Shown here in pieces: positions 1 to 10,680 of a stretch of DNA of 35,220 nucleotides. Origin of the DNA: Phoronis australis (Eukaryota > Animalia > Phoronida); assembly GCA_002633005.1 (NCBI GenBank), contig NMRA01000938.1, positions 25,139 through 60,358 of the forward strand, read 5' to 3'. The position numbers and the translations under genes are program-made. Position 1 is the stretch's first letter. Each line of letters opens with the position of its first letter. The notes under the pieces are model-generated. The model was given only the letters and a program-made list of their open reading frames with translations. It was not told the origin of the DNA and did no database searches.

Positions 1-499
1 CAAGGGGTCACGTACTGCATTGTAAAATTGTGGGGATACTCCAGTTTTTAAAAGATTCTGAGTCACTTCCATTCAGTAGCGTCAAGACGTGATTTATTTG
101 TCGCTCGTCCACAATATGTTAAATAACCATCACCTCTACACCACTGGATCGAATGAAATCCGCACAGCTAATATTGATACCACGAACTCCGAAGAGAATC
201 ACGCGGCATTCATACCACTTGCAGTCTTTTCCTCCCCCCTCGCCATTGCGAATTGTATGGTGCCGTAGTCATGCCACTCGCAGTCTGTCCTTCAACCTTT
301 CGCCATCAATTTTGCGACCGTTCCCGTCGTCAAATGCCAAGTCTAATTTTATTCCTCCCCCGAAAATCCTAGCACTCAATGTAATTAAGAAACATATTCG
401 ACACAAAAGCACAACCTTGACAAAAACCTGCGAGGAAATCAAGCCATGAGTGCAGGTTCAGCGGTCAGTGGTAGCATATGCAGGGGTAACCCCCCGGAC

Positions 500-684
500 A
501 TTTAATGACTCAATAACCGCAGTCCAACCGAGTCCAACCTAGGCCAGCCTTAGGGTGAGTCACAACCCAACCGAGTTCAGAACGCGTCCGGGCGAAGCCT
601 GACCTCACTCCGGTTGAAGGTCACCCGAGGCCTGACTGAGGCTGAAGTTCGTTCGATAGGACATTGGATTCGATCAGCACTGTA
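500..684. mobile_element. End of a non-autonomous DNA transposon with a subterminal short-repeat array
   Basis: GC-rich tract with repeated ccaaccgag/ccaacc motifs. It ends CAGCACTG-TA (reverse complement TA-CAGTGCTG), the same terminus style as at 5807, 8068 and 12273/12755. Partner end not found. Confidence 0.35.
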
Positions 685-1858
685 TGTGGTTGTTCAGTTT
701 GCCATTTTGTTTTTAAATACACCGATAATTTTTATTCTCAAATCTTGTGCATAGCAGATTCTTATCCATACTTTTCTTGCATGTGGAACTTTTGTTCATA
801 GACAAGTTAACACAAAAAATACAATTGTTCAATGCCTTCTTAAGTAAGCTCTAAAAATAATTACACACACACAAACAAATCAAATGAAGGGAATACTTCA
901 TTCTGATTTCTGCACATTTCTATAGGTCAACAGGAAAATAACAATAAGCCTATTTGGTAATCATTTCAGCTTTATAAAGAATAAGCACAACTGCACTGTA
1001 TGGGTATTTAAAAGTGAAGAAATATTGTGGTTTCAATAATTAGTGAAAACCTTCCTGTTGATGCGCAAAAATTATTCCATCATCAAAGTGTAACATTAAC
1101 GGGCTTTCTACTGACAATAAGGCAATCGATGCAGTTACTGAATGTAATTTCTTCATGATGTGTACCATTTGTAAAAAGCTTTCTGAAAAGAAAAATTAAT
1201 GTCACTCAGTTAAAAAGAACAGATAGTGTTTCCAGATTCTTTGCTTTTCATTTCACTGAAATCTAGTGTCAATGACCTATAGAAGCGCTTGTAAAAAGGT
1301 CCAGTTTCGGCACGTGGCTTTCCTTCGTGTAACCTCATTCAGCCTCAATACCATCCACAATTAGATCCTTGAAGTTACACACAACAGCATATCTCTTGAC
1401 TTGTTTTGTGCCCAAAATCTGACCCTGAACTAGACCAGAGTGTCACTAGGTCTTTTTTAGCTTCAGTACCTCATGTTTCTTCCAGGAAAGGAAATAAGCT
1501 ATTGTCCACACGACTCACTGCCTAAGAAAGGGCATCCTAACCAATGAGACTGCCTTGTGTAGCAGTCAGATATAGTTTCTCTTGATACAAAAACATTCCA
1601 CTGGCACATTGTTTTATGGTAACTTAGTACTGCGATTCACATTTCTCCAGGACCACTGACTTGTGTATTACGACATGCAGCACTGCTGGTGCGTGTAAAT
1701 GCTGTGGGAAGAGAAAGGAGTAACAAAGCTTGTCTGTGTTGTGGCTTGAAGTGGCCTTAAAATGTCATTGAACCTGGAACAAATAATGAAATATGAATAA
1801 TTAGTACTCCATGATAGCAAGTAACAGCATATATTCAAGAAAACAACAACGGTTTTGA

Positions 1859-1906
1859 AACTTGACATGTTTCGGTGTCATTTATTAAACACCATCCTCA
1901 GAAGTC
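1859..1906 (-). ncRNA. Minimal type I hammerhead ribozyme motif, identical copy on the opposite strand
   Basis: Exact reverse complement of 1917-1964, in the left arm of the hairpin. Confidence 0.8.
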
Positions 1907-1916
1907 ACTGTATTAT

Positions 1917-1964
1917 GACTTCTGAGGATGGTGTTTAATAAATGACACCGAAACATGTCAAGTT
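1917..1964 (+). ncRNA. Minimal type I hammerhead ribozyme motif (Penelope-type)
   Basis: GACUU-CUGAGGA-U-GGUGU(uuaauaaaug)ACACC-GAAA-CAUG-UC-AAGUU. CUGANGA core 1922-1928; 5-bp stem II; GAAA 1950-1953; palindromic CAUG stem III; GUC triplet 1957-1959; stem I GACUU/AAGUU. Confidence 0.8.
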
Positions 1965-4150
1965 TCAAAACCGTTGTTGTTTTCTTGAATAATTAGTACT
2001 CCAGGTTGGGTCAAAAATGCTACCCCTGTTTTTCAAAAAAATAATATGGTGACTGATCTACAATTTCAGAAAGCTTGGGGTGTACATAATAAGTATTGTA
2101 TAAAACTGCGTCTTTATCTTTCATTCGTAGCCATAAGAATTCTTTAAACGCATCACTTGTCTGCAAAATATTTAAGTTTCGAGACAACTTCAAACGGTTT
2201 CTCAGACTTTTTATTTTTCTTCTAATAGAAGATATGAAGACTTGGGTCATTTAAAAAATGATGGATAATCTTTCTGTTGTTTAAGAGTAATTACAAATCG
2301 TAAGGCACCATCAAAATGCAATTTGAATTTATAAACGACTTGCAACATTTCAAGGCATGAGTTAAGACTCAGTCACTGAAAATTCAGAAAATGTAATATA
2401 TTTTATGGGATTACAATTGATAGCAAAACGGTTTCATGAAATAAACTCGAAGGAGCTAAATGAAAGTTAATTACCTCACCATGCTTTTCCCTCGAACATG
2501 TATTACCTGATATTTTCACAGAGTCTGTTGCACCAAATTTTACAACCCACCCTATGCCAATCCCCCGCTGAGGACCATAATAAGTAAATTAACAAAATAA
2601 CTTACATACCTTTCTTTGAAAAACAGCTGTTCATTTTCAAAGGCTTTGTTCGTTGTCTCCGATATAGAAAGTAGGCTTTGACAACAGATCTGCACTAGAC
2701 GGGAAGATCTTGCTGGTTAGCTGCAGTCGAATGCTAAACCAATTTTTGTCCATTCAGGGACGGTGCAGAAGCGATGCATATCTTCTCTGCACGATACAAC
2801 TTGAGACCTCAAACCTAAAAACAAAAGGCCACGTGAAAGACACGATAGATTTCCATTTCAACGTGTAATATATTCCGGAAGACATAAGATAGGGAGCAAA
2901 CAAATATTCTAATAGATGTTTGTCACTTGCCCTTCGCTATTGGGTCCTGGATTATAATCTTAACTCACCATAGTTGACAGCATAAAAATTCAACATTGAT
3001 TGATGTAACTATCACTGATAAACCTGTGAGAAATCATTCCAAAATATAATACTGCTTTGATGTATGAAAAGATCCCGAGTGCTACGTCAAGTATCGTAAC
3101 ACACATCACAACAAACCGTTAAAGATTAACCTGACTGGCGACTGCCGCGAAGTCGAGATTGGCGAGTACCTCAGTTAACAGGCATCAGTAGAATAAACAT
3201 GGAATAATCGTTAAAATAACCATAAACCTTACCTTTGTATTAGGATGTACTTACTTCCTCACATGGAAGCACCCTTTTCACGCAATCTCAGATTCAGTTG
3301 GCACAGTTGCAAGCCATTTCACCATGCATTTAAAGGGCTCGCGAAATTGAGGCTTTTCATCTATCACCACTAGTACACGCGCGCCCTCTAGTTAAAGTGA
3401 ATTTTCCGAATAGCCCCATTACGAGGGGACTCTGAAAAAGCAAGACTCGTCAGAAGTCAGTACATTTGATGTACGCCCGAGGGCACCCACTTACTGGATG
3501 CATCTATTAAACATTCATTTTTGAAAATACCTTCAAAAGTAGACTTGTTTAAAACACCGTGTTCACCGTATTCGCCAGTGTAGAAAAGCGAAATGAACAG
3601 CTTGTACACACTGCTCAATGCCTTTATGTGGACATATGGAAACGGGGCTTAGCGATACAATGTGCATGATATTTTATTCGCGCAATACATGTAATTGCCA
3701 AGTGATATGCAGCGTCACTTAGTACCTAAGGTGGCCAGATCATACGCTATAAATATCACCAGACGCTTTGCTTCTCAAAAGTGCACCTTGATGTGTTTTC
3801 TATCATTTGCTTCGATATCGCAATCGCTTTTTTACCAAGGATTCACGCACATATGCCGCGTAGAGGCAATAACCTCTTCACCACGTATTCACATCTTCCT
3901 GTTCACAATTGTTTTATTTTACATAATTTGTCAGAAACTATTTATTTTTGGAACACTTGAACGTCCATCCAATAGGGGCCTACTTGTACCTGCAACTATC
4001 CTAGATTTTAACGTCACTGGTACATGAAAACGGAATGCGCAAACCTAGAATTGGCTGTGTTTGAAGTCACCGTCTAGGTTCGTGGAAATCGAAACCATAG
4101 TATGACTTCGAAGTTACAGCCATCGAAGTCCGTGGGTTTAGGGCATACTG

Positions 4151-5140
4151 GTAGTAGTAGTAGTAATAAACTTTATTCACTTTAAGTCAAAAAAATACAG
4201 TTGATACAGATTTACGCTTATGGAGACTCCGTGAAGGACCCGAGAGGTGCGCTGACCACGGAGCTACCAGAGAATAAGAAAGAAAAAATACAGCGTTACA
4301 GATAATCAGAACTTTAAAAAATAGGTGATAATGTACTTTAAAACTACTTGTGTAAAGACTGGGAGAGATTATCAAAAATAGTTACACACAAAGCAGTTGG
4401 GAATAGTGCACTCAAGTTCATAATTTTCAAAACAAACATTCTTAAAATAATTTATTACAGAGGATAACGAATGGGTAAAAAGTTTTTGGGAGACACTTTC
4501 AGGAAGGTTATTAATGATATGAGGTAGGACATTTCGAACTGAATCTTCAGCAAATGATTTAGTACAACGGGGAGTATGTAAAATATGTCGTTGCCTAGTG
4601 TAATGTTCATGAACAGACCCACGAGTTATTAAATTGAACGTGTTAAAAAACGAAGGTAAGTAATTATGAACATATTTGTAGAAAAATTTAATAATAACAA
4701 CAACATACAAGTCCTTTACTTTCAGTATCTGTGTAGTCTTAAACAAAGGATCTGTATGGGCATTAAAATAACTAGAGGTAATATTGCGAATAACCTTTTT
4801 CTGTAATTTAAATATTCTATTATGTTCACATCCACATAGCAGAATGCCATAATTAAAATGAGGAAGGACAAGGCCATTATATACAGTTTTCAAAGTTTCA
4901 AAGGGCAAGAAATGTTTTATGTTATTAAGAACACCACAGAATCTGCTTATCTTTCTCAACAAATTGTTTATGTGTGGACTCCATAACAAGTTTTCGTTGA
5001 TGGTAACACCAAGTAAATTGAAAGAACGAACTCTTTCAATTTCCAAATTATCAAACTTTAAATAAAAATCATCAATACATTTTGGGGGTTTATGAAAAAC
5101 CATGAATTTTGTTTTAGTTGCATTTAAAACCAGTCCATTA
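4151..5140 (-). mobile_element. 5'-truncated CR1/L2-clade LINE: end of the ORF2 reverse transcriptase, C-terminal domain, 3' UTR and (TAC)n tail
   Basis: ORF 4372-5140 reads 'NGLVLNATKTKFMVF...FNLLGVTINENLLWSPHI...VYNGLVLPHFNYG...LQKKVIRNI...HTDPLFK...CTIPNCFVC'. Minus-strand AATAAA at 4172-4177 is followed by a TTA/(TAC)n tail at 4151-4170. The listed ORF's N-terminus beyond 5140 is unrelated flank. Confidence 0.9.
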
Positions 5141-5444
5141 CTGGACCGTGAAATTCGCGTCTGTACTGCAAAGGTTAATACTACGAAAACAAATTCCCCG
5201 GAGTGAGAGTTCTTCGCGGCGTAACAACTCAATTACAGTCCCATCATAATGGAAGCGTGATAGGAGACCCGTGAATAAATTAAAAACGCAAAAAAGATGC
5301 AGTTTGGCGTTTCACAAACAAAAATCAATTGTGGGCGAAGACTGTCAAAAATAGCTGCGTTTACAAAAAGACTACGGCGTGGTATTGACCGGGAAGCAGC
5401 CAATGTAATGCAAATTGTTAACGTCACGAGTAAATTAATTATAG

Positions 5445-5807
5445 ATCAGATGTAAAGAAAACTTTCGCGTTTTTTATCCAAAACCTGTTTCATTGTCCAT
5501 ATTTAGTGGTGTTGTACACAACCGATGTGAACTCATGTAACGGAGACAGCAAAACTAGGTTAATTTATTTGACCCTGTGCTATGACGAATATTCATCGAC
5601 ACGCAAAGTGGTATCAGTCTGACAAACTATTACGGAGCTGGTACTCTAACCTAAAACTAGCAGCCGACCAGCTGGTCGGCTGATGGCCGGTCGGCTGAAT
5701 GGTCGGCTGAAGGGTAGGCTAGGGAGTCGCCTTATGAGTCGGTCCTGGGGCCTGCTGTCGGTTGGCTAATTTCCGACCGGTCGGACAAAAATTCGTGATG
5801 TGTTCTG
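5445..5807 (-). mobile_element. Partial inverted copy of the TA-flanked MITE family seen at 12273-12755
   Basis: Reverse complement aligns to ~12273-12658 (e.g. gatgtgaactcatgtaacggagacag; ggttaatttatttgaccctg; cggtcggacaaaaattcgtgatgt). Ends ...TTCTG-TA at 5807-5809. Contains a GGTCGGC repeat array. Confidence 0.75.
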
Positions 5808-5821
5808 TACATTCACTCGTA

Positions 5822-6900
5822 AGTTTCCCCAAGTAGACCATTTGATACCTAGTACACTCCTTCCTGTTTGGCGTTAATTATCCTGGAAAAAGTCACGTCA
5901 CGTATTTATTACTTTTAGCCACCGATAGCTTTACTAACGGCCGATTTCTTCCGATTCTAATACCTTCAAACCCAAACCAATCCCCTCGCCCACTGGGCGA
6001 CGCCTCCTCACATGGTCCTGGTATGAGTGGGATATCAAGCAACATTTCCTTCTGGTTTGAGGAGGAGACCCAGCGGCGAGGTAAAAAGGTTATCAATGGG
6101 GCCTAAGGCAACATGTTGCCCAAGTTATGAGTTTGTCCCACGCCTGCTGGGGTAGATGAGTTGCCGATATCAAATTTCTTGCTGTGGCGTGGCTTTCCGT
6201 GCCCGTATTGTAACCTAAAGCTATTTTAAGCCTTAACAAGGAGTGAAGCACAGTTAGGGTCCAGGTCCCCATGTAGAATGCATTAGCGCCAGCGGTTGAC
6301 AAGTGTGTACATGTAGACCCAGGCTCCAGACGTACTGGTGGTTTGGGGGCATGGTCGATACAGCATGTAATTACATAACACTAGAATTACTTGTTAGCAT
6401 TCCAAGGTGATGAAAGCAGATGGGATAAACGAGAAAGGCATCGGTCAATTTCCCATTGGTTGCAACTACTTTCTCCCACATTCCCTGCCACTCCTCTACC
6501 AGGGTCACGGCCCTAACGCGGGTTGAGGCGGTGGACAGGATTGTTTATCCATGAACAACCCTGCCCATGAGGCCCATACTTAGCCACAACACCACGTTCC
6601 TTATAATATTTTTTATCACTCCGGCTGGTCTGCTCGCTTAGCTTGTCAGGATTCTTTTTTCAGGTTGTTATAGCCCAGTTGGGTGATTGATGTACGCTCT
6701 TGGACTTTATTATATGATATTTGCCCATTTGGCACGTGTACCCATTTGGTACTTGTTATTGAGTTTGCCGTTCTGTTCGAACCACTTGGTAGGCAATCGG
6801 CCAATACCGCTTTGGTATTATGTATGCTAACCTGTGCCACTTAGTAATTGATACTCAATTACACATTGGGTATAGTAAAGGTGTGTGTTATCTCTTTTAA
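5822..6900. mobile_element. Unclassified higher-GC insertion, possibly the non-coding part of a tyrosine-recombinase (Ngaro/DIRS-like) retroelement
   Basis: Abrupt compositional shift and no recognisable ORF. The resemblance is only to the general style of such terminal regions. Confidence 0.2.
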
Positions 6901-7039
6901 TTAAGGAACCCATCTGGTTCCTTAAGTGAAATATTCATTTGTCGAGCTGTGACCCTGAAATTCCCGATACAATCTAAAATATATAGTATTGTCGTTGTTT
7001 TGTTTGTCCCAATAAGTAACATACACCATTGAATGAACG

Positions 7040-7300
7040 GTGAATAGATGATCTCAAAGAAAAACTTAACTCAATAAATTACAAATCCATACTCAATGAG
7101 GGTAACGACGTTAACACAAATTACAACATTTTCTCTCGAGTTTAACTGATATAATGAACAAAAACTTCCCCTCAAAAACTAAAAAAAATCAACGAATACA
7201 TTGCGTAAAACTAAATGTAAGGATAACAATTGGCATTCTGAAAGCAGTATTTAAATACATAGTGTACATGTATAGACAACTTATCTCCACACCTAAAGTG
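7040..7300 (+). pseudogene. CR1/L2-type LINE ORF2 fragment (linker between endonuclease and RT)
   Basis: 'IDDLKEKLNSINYKSILNEGNDVNTNYNIF / LTDIMNKNFPSKTKK...RITIGILKAV...MYRQL' fits the D.N..YN.F...FP.K...WIT.GILKSI...LY pattern. Frameshifted. Confidence 0.6.
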
Positions 7301-7859
7301 AGCTCTAATGTTCAGTCAGAAACCTACATTAAAATAAATTTTACTTCGCACTTCTGCCTCTCTGGTGCAGAGTTTGTTTAACAATTAAACGATCAAAAGT
7401 CACTAGTATGAACATTAATGAGAAATAATACACAGTAAACAGTTAATATCTAATATAACAAGACTCAAAGTCAAATAATAAGTCCACTAGTGTACAATAT
7501 TTCATGCAATTCATTACATATTCACGATTCATTCCTGCATTAAGAAAGTATTATTCACTTGCAGCGTATTGATGTTTTTGGCCTCAAGTTTAGTAAGTGG
7601 TGCATCCACACGTTTTAATGAATGATATGGTAAATTATATTGCGTAATGGTCATATAAAATAGTTGTCTTGAGATACCTGTCCAGTAACATATATACTGC
7701 AAACAGTAGGGAATTTCTTACCGATGCTGTCAAAGTTCTTACAATTGTTTACTAGATGATTCTAGCACTGAGAAAGTCTCTTGAAATGCGATACAACACT
7801 TTGTTCTAGTCGCTGAGAATAGCAATCACGATTGTACCGACTGCAGAGAAGGCAAAAAA

Positions 7860-8070
7860 ACTCACCCATGGCTCACGCCTGGCTCACGGTTCACTCGCAA
7901 TTTGTTCACGCCTAACTCGGGGTTAGCTCCGGGCACAGTAACGCTTACGCTCACGCCAGATGTCACGGTACACTCACGCCTCACTCCCCGGTCTGTCTCT
8001 GGTTACGCTCACGCCTAGCCAGACCGGAGGTAGACCGGACGAAGTCTAATAATTCAGTGGCTGTACTGTA
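7860..8070. repeat. Array of CTCACGCC-like motifs ending in a CTG-TA terminus (DNA transposon end)
   Basis: About 8 copies of (g)ctcacgcc/ctcacgg in ~170 bp, followed by ...CAGTGGCTGTACTGTA. Confidence 0.45.
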
Positions 8071-8659
8071 CTTATATCGTCAGCAAAACGGCGAAATTGC
8101 GCCACGTTACTTATTTTCTGGCATTTAAACACTTTAGTAATTGTCGCGCTAGCATGTATTCTTCAGAAGGCTCCATCACAATGCAGCTTAATATAGGGTC
8201 TCTAGCCTGACCACTACAATTATGTATCAAACATTTTAATTTTTTCGAATCATCGAGGGATTTACCCTCTATTGTATTACCAAAACAACGAATGAAAGGA
8301 TAGCATTTTACCGGGTCACCAATAAAGTGATTAGTTCAAACCTATTTAGTTGTAGTTAATATTTGTACTCACGTGTCGACTCTTAAAAAAGTTTGCTTAT
8401 TGTTGGAGAGCCAATAGGACCTTATTCACACAGTTGAGTGCAAAAGGTTTGGGTGCCTAATTATATTGTAAATCACCAACCAAGGAAAGGGGAGTCTTAA
8501 TTTGGGCAATTCTGGGCTTTTGTACCTGCGGGGTCCAAAAGATGGCCAAAAATTCAATTTAATTAAAATTTTGAGTGCAACATCCGTTTCAAGTTTATTT
8601 CATTCTAATCTAAACCCAAATTAAAGTATTGCAACTTAAGACGCGAAAATGACTGGGGT

Positions 8660-9480
8660 TATTAATTAAGACGCCTTCTAATTAGCGACCAATTAACGAT
8701 TTATTTAAACTTTTGAGTGCAACAAAAAGTCTTTTTTCCAAAAGGTAGTTTAGTAACTCTGGACACCATATCCTCAACTTAAGACACGATTTTTCCAGTG
8801 GTTTGCAGAGAAGACGGGGGTTGTTTTGACCCCAGGGGACAAGAGGACCCCAAAATGAACTTGTATAAAAGAGGAAATGCAAAAAGTTTAATTACTACTA
8901 TGGATAAAACATTATTTCAAATGAACAGACATACCGGTTATGACATGAAAAACTCTTGTGTTGTTTATTAAGACACTCATTAATTAACGACCAATTAACG
9001 GTTTATTTTAAATTTTAATTGCAAAAAACATTTTTCCAAAAGATAGTTTAGTAATTCTGGAGACTATATCCACAACTTAAGACGTAATTTTTCTAGGGGT
9101 TTGCAGATAAGACGGTCTTTTTGTTTGGACCCCGAGGGAAGAGAAGATCCAAAAATGAACTTGCATAAAAGAGGAAATACAATTTTGATTTGTACTATGG
9201 ATAAAATATTATTTCAAATGAACAAAAATACCAGTTATGATATTAAAAATTCTTTTGTTGTTAATCAAGATACTTATTAATTAACGACCAATTAACGGTT
9301 TATTTAAACTCCTAAGTGCAACAAAAATTTTCTTTTAACACTTGACACTATATCCATAACTTAAGACGCAAATTTTCCTGGGGTTTGAAGGTAAAACGGA
9401 GATGTTTGGACCCCGAGGGAAGAGAAGATCCAAACATGAACTTGTTTAAAAGAGGAAATACTAATGTTGACGAAATACAA
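8660..9480. repeat. Tandem ~300-bp modules in the left TIR (about 3 copies; about 2 inverted copies at ~10800-11325)
   Basis: Anchor aattaacgaccaattaacg at ~8680, 8982 and 9279; inverted at ~10990 and 11289. Shared gacccc..ggga..agag..cc..aatgaacttg..taaaagaggaaat. Confidence 0.9.
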
Positions 9481-9829
9481 CTTAAGATATGAAACATTCG
9501 TGAGTTATTAATAACAAAACTTGCTAATGAACTACCAATTAACGATTTACTCTCAAATACAATGGGAATGTACAAAAAACGGAATTAAAGACACACAACG
9601 GGTCACTAACTAAGCTGGCTTCAAATTAAAGCTTAGCTACTTAAATCACATCTCGTGGCAGTTCACGGGATTGTGATGCATAACACAGTCTATTCGTTCA
9701 TGTGATTAAGCCGAAACCCAAAGGGTACTTCACTGTGTTGTAATGTAACTGCAACCATCTAATTCGTGATCGTAGTCACTTTCTTTGCCAGATTGTTCCA
9801 TTTCTCTTGGTAGACGATCATGATCTTCG

Positions 9830-10680
9830 TTCACATCACTTCATACCATCATGTCTTAGCATGGCCACCATAGTCACCTGGCTCTGTTTCGACTTGAACC
9901 TGTGGAATGAGCGCATGATGCGTTTGTTCTTCACTGAACCAAACGATGCGAAAGTCGCCGTCAACATTTTCCCAGCTATTGGTGAGCTTCAAATAGCTCT
10001 TAAAATAGTGTTGAGCTATAGACACCATCAATATCTTTCCTCTTTTCTAGGGCCACAATCTGCAATTCCAGGAGAACCAAGTTTGCGTTCTCATATTCTT
10101 TCATGAACTGTCGGAAAAGTAACGTTTCCAACGCAAGGGCAAGCATTGGGTGCAGTCGTTTACCCCGATGGTAGTTTAAGCATTCTATGAAGCCTCTCAG
10201 AGATCCCGGTGCTAATACATCCGGGTCTATTAACATCTCTGGTCCACGCTATGCCGGGATGAACTTTCCAAAGGCTCTAAAGTAACACATAAGGATGTGC
10301 AATATCCCAAACATTATTATGACCTTGTGAAACTCTGGCTGACTGGTGACTTGGACTCCATGTGCAGTCTTTGCAACATCCTGATCATATGTATCCTGAC
10401 CATAGATCTGGAAACATTCCTCTGCACACTTCAGTGTTATGCGCATGTGTCCACAACGTCATTTTTGTGATGGGTAGGCTCAGTTTCGACAACTTGCTTC
10501 GGCAACTTATCTTGGTGAAGACGTCTGTTAAATCCAACCCACATTGGCGTAGTTTCTGTATTGAGGTTGTGGTGTACGAGGAACAGTGTGCCCCATTTTC
10601 GCGCGCGACCAGAAATTGCAGAAAGCTTGCTAAGATTGGTATCAGGGTATTAAAACTGGTTAATCCGTGGCTTCTTACGA
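9830..10680 (-). pseudogene. Academ-type transposase fragment
   Basis: 'TPMWVGFN..LPKQVV', 'CAEECFQIYGQDTYDQDVAKTA..QPEFHKVIIMFGILHILMCYFRAFGKFI' and 'VLAPGSLRGFI..YHRGKRLHPMLALALE' match the TYDLAIAK / GxFH / YNRxKRxH core of Academ(X)-type proteins. Several frameshifts. Confidence 0.7.

Larger units (their letters stand above)
1812..1991. mobile_element. Tiny Penelope-like element remnant: perfect 76-bp inverted repeat (hairpin) with target-site duplication
   Basis: Arms 1832-1907 and 1916-1991 are exact reverse complements, with an 8-nt loop CTGTATTA. Direct repeat TGAATAATTAGTACTCCA at 1794-1811 and 1986-2003. The arms contain CTGAGGATG...CCGAAACATGTC, typical of Penelope terminal repeats. 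Confidence 0.85.
1270..2250 (-). pseudogene. Degenerate YqaJ/lambda-exonuclease-like domain gene, probably a DNA-transposon accessory gene (ISL2EU/PHIS- or Kolobok-type)
   Basis: Minus-strand translation across frameshifts and stops gives 'PTWSTNYSYFIICSRFNDILR', 'HLHAPAVLHVVIHKSVVLEKCESQY*VTIKQCASGMFLYQEKLYLTATQGSLIG', and 'VQGQILGTKQVKRYAVVCNFKDLIVDGIE...HVPKLDLF'. These match the YqaJ motif order W..R..TAS.F / PA..HG..E / CG....PYL.ASPDGL / QVQGQ....FVV / PKL..F. Interrupted by the 1812-1991 insertion. Confidence 0.6.

Noticed and set aside
5140-5232. N-terminus of the 286-aa ORF as the true start of a gene
   Set aside because: LINE homology stops at ~5140; the extension is unrelated flank that happens to be in frame.
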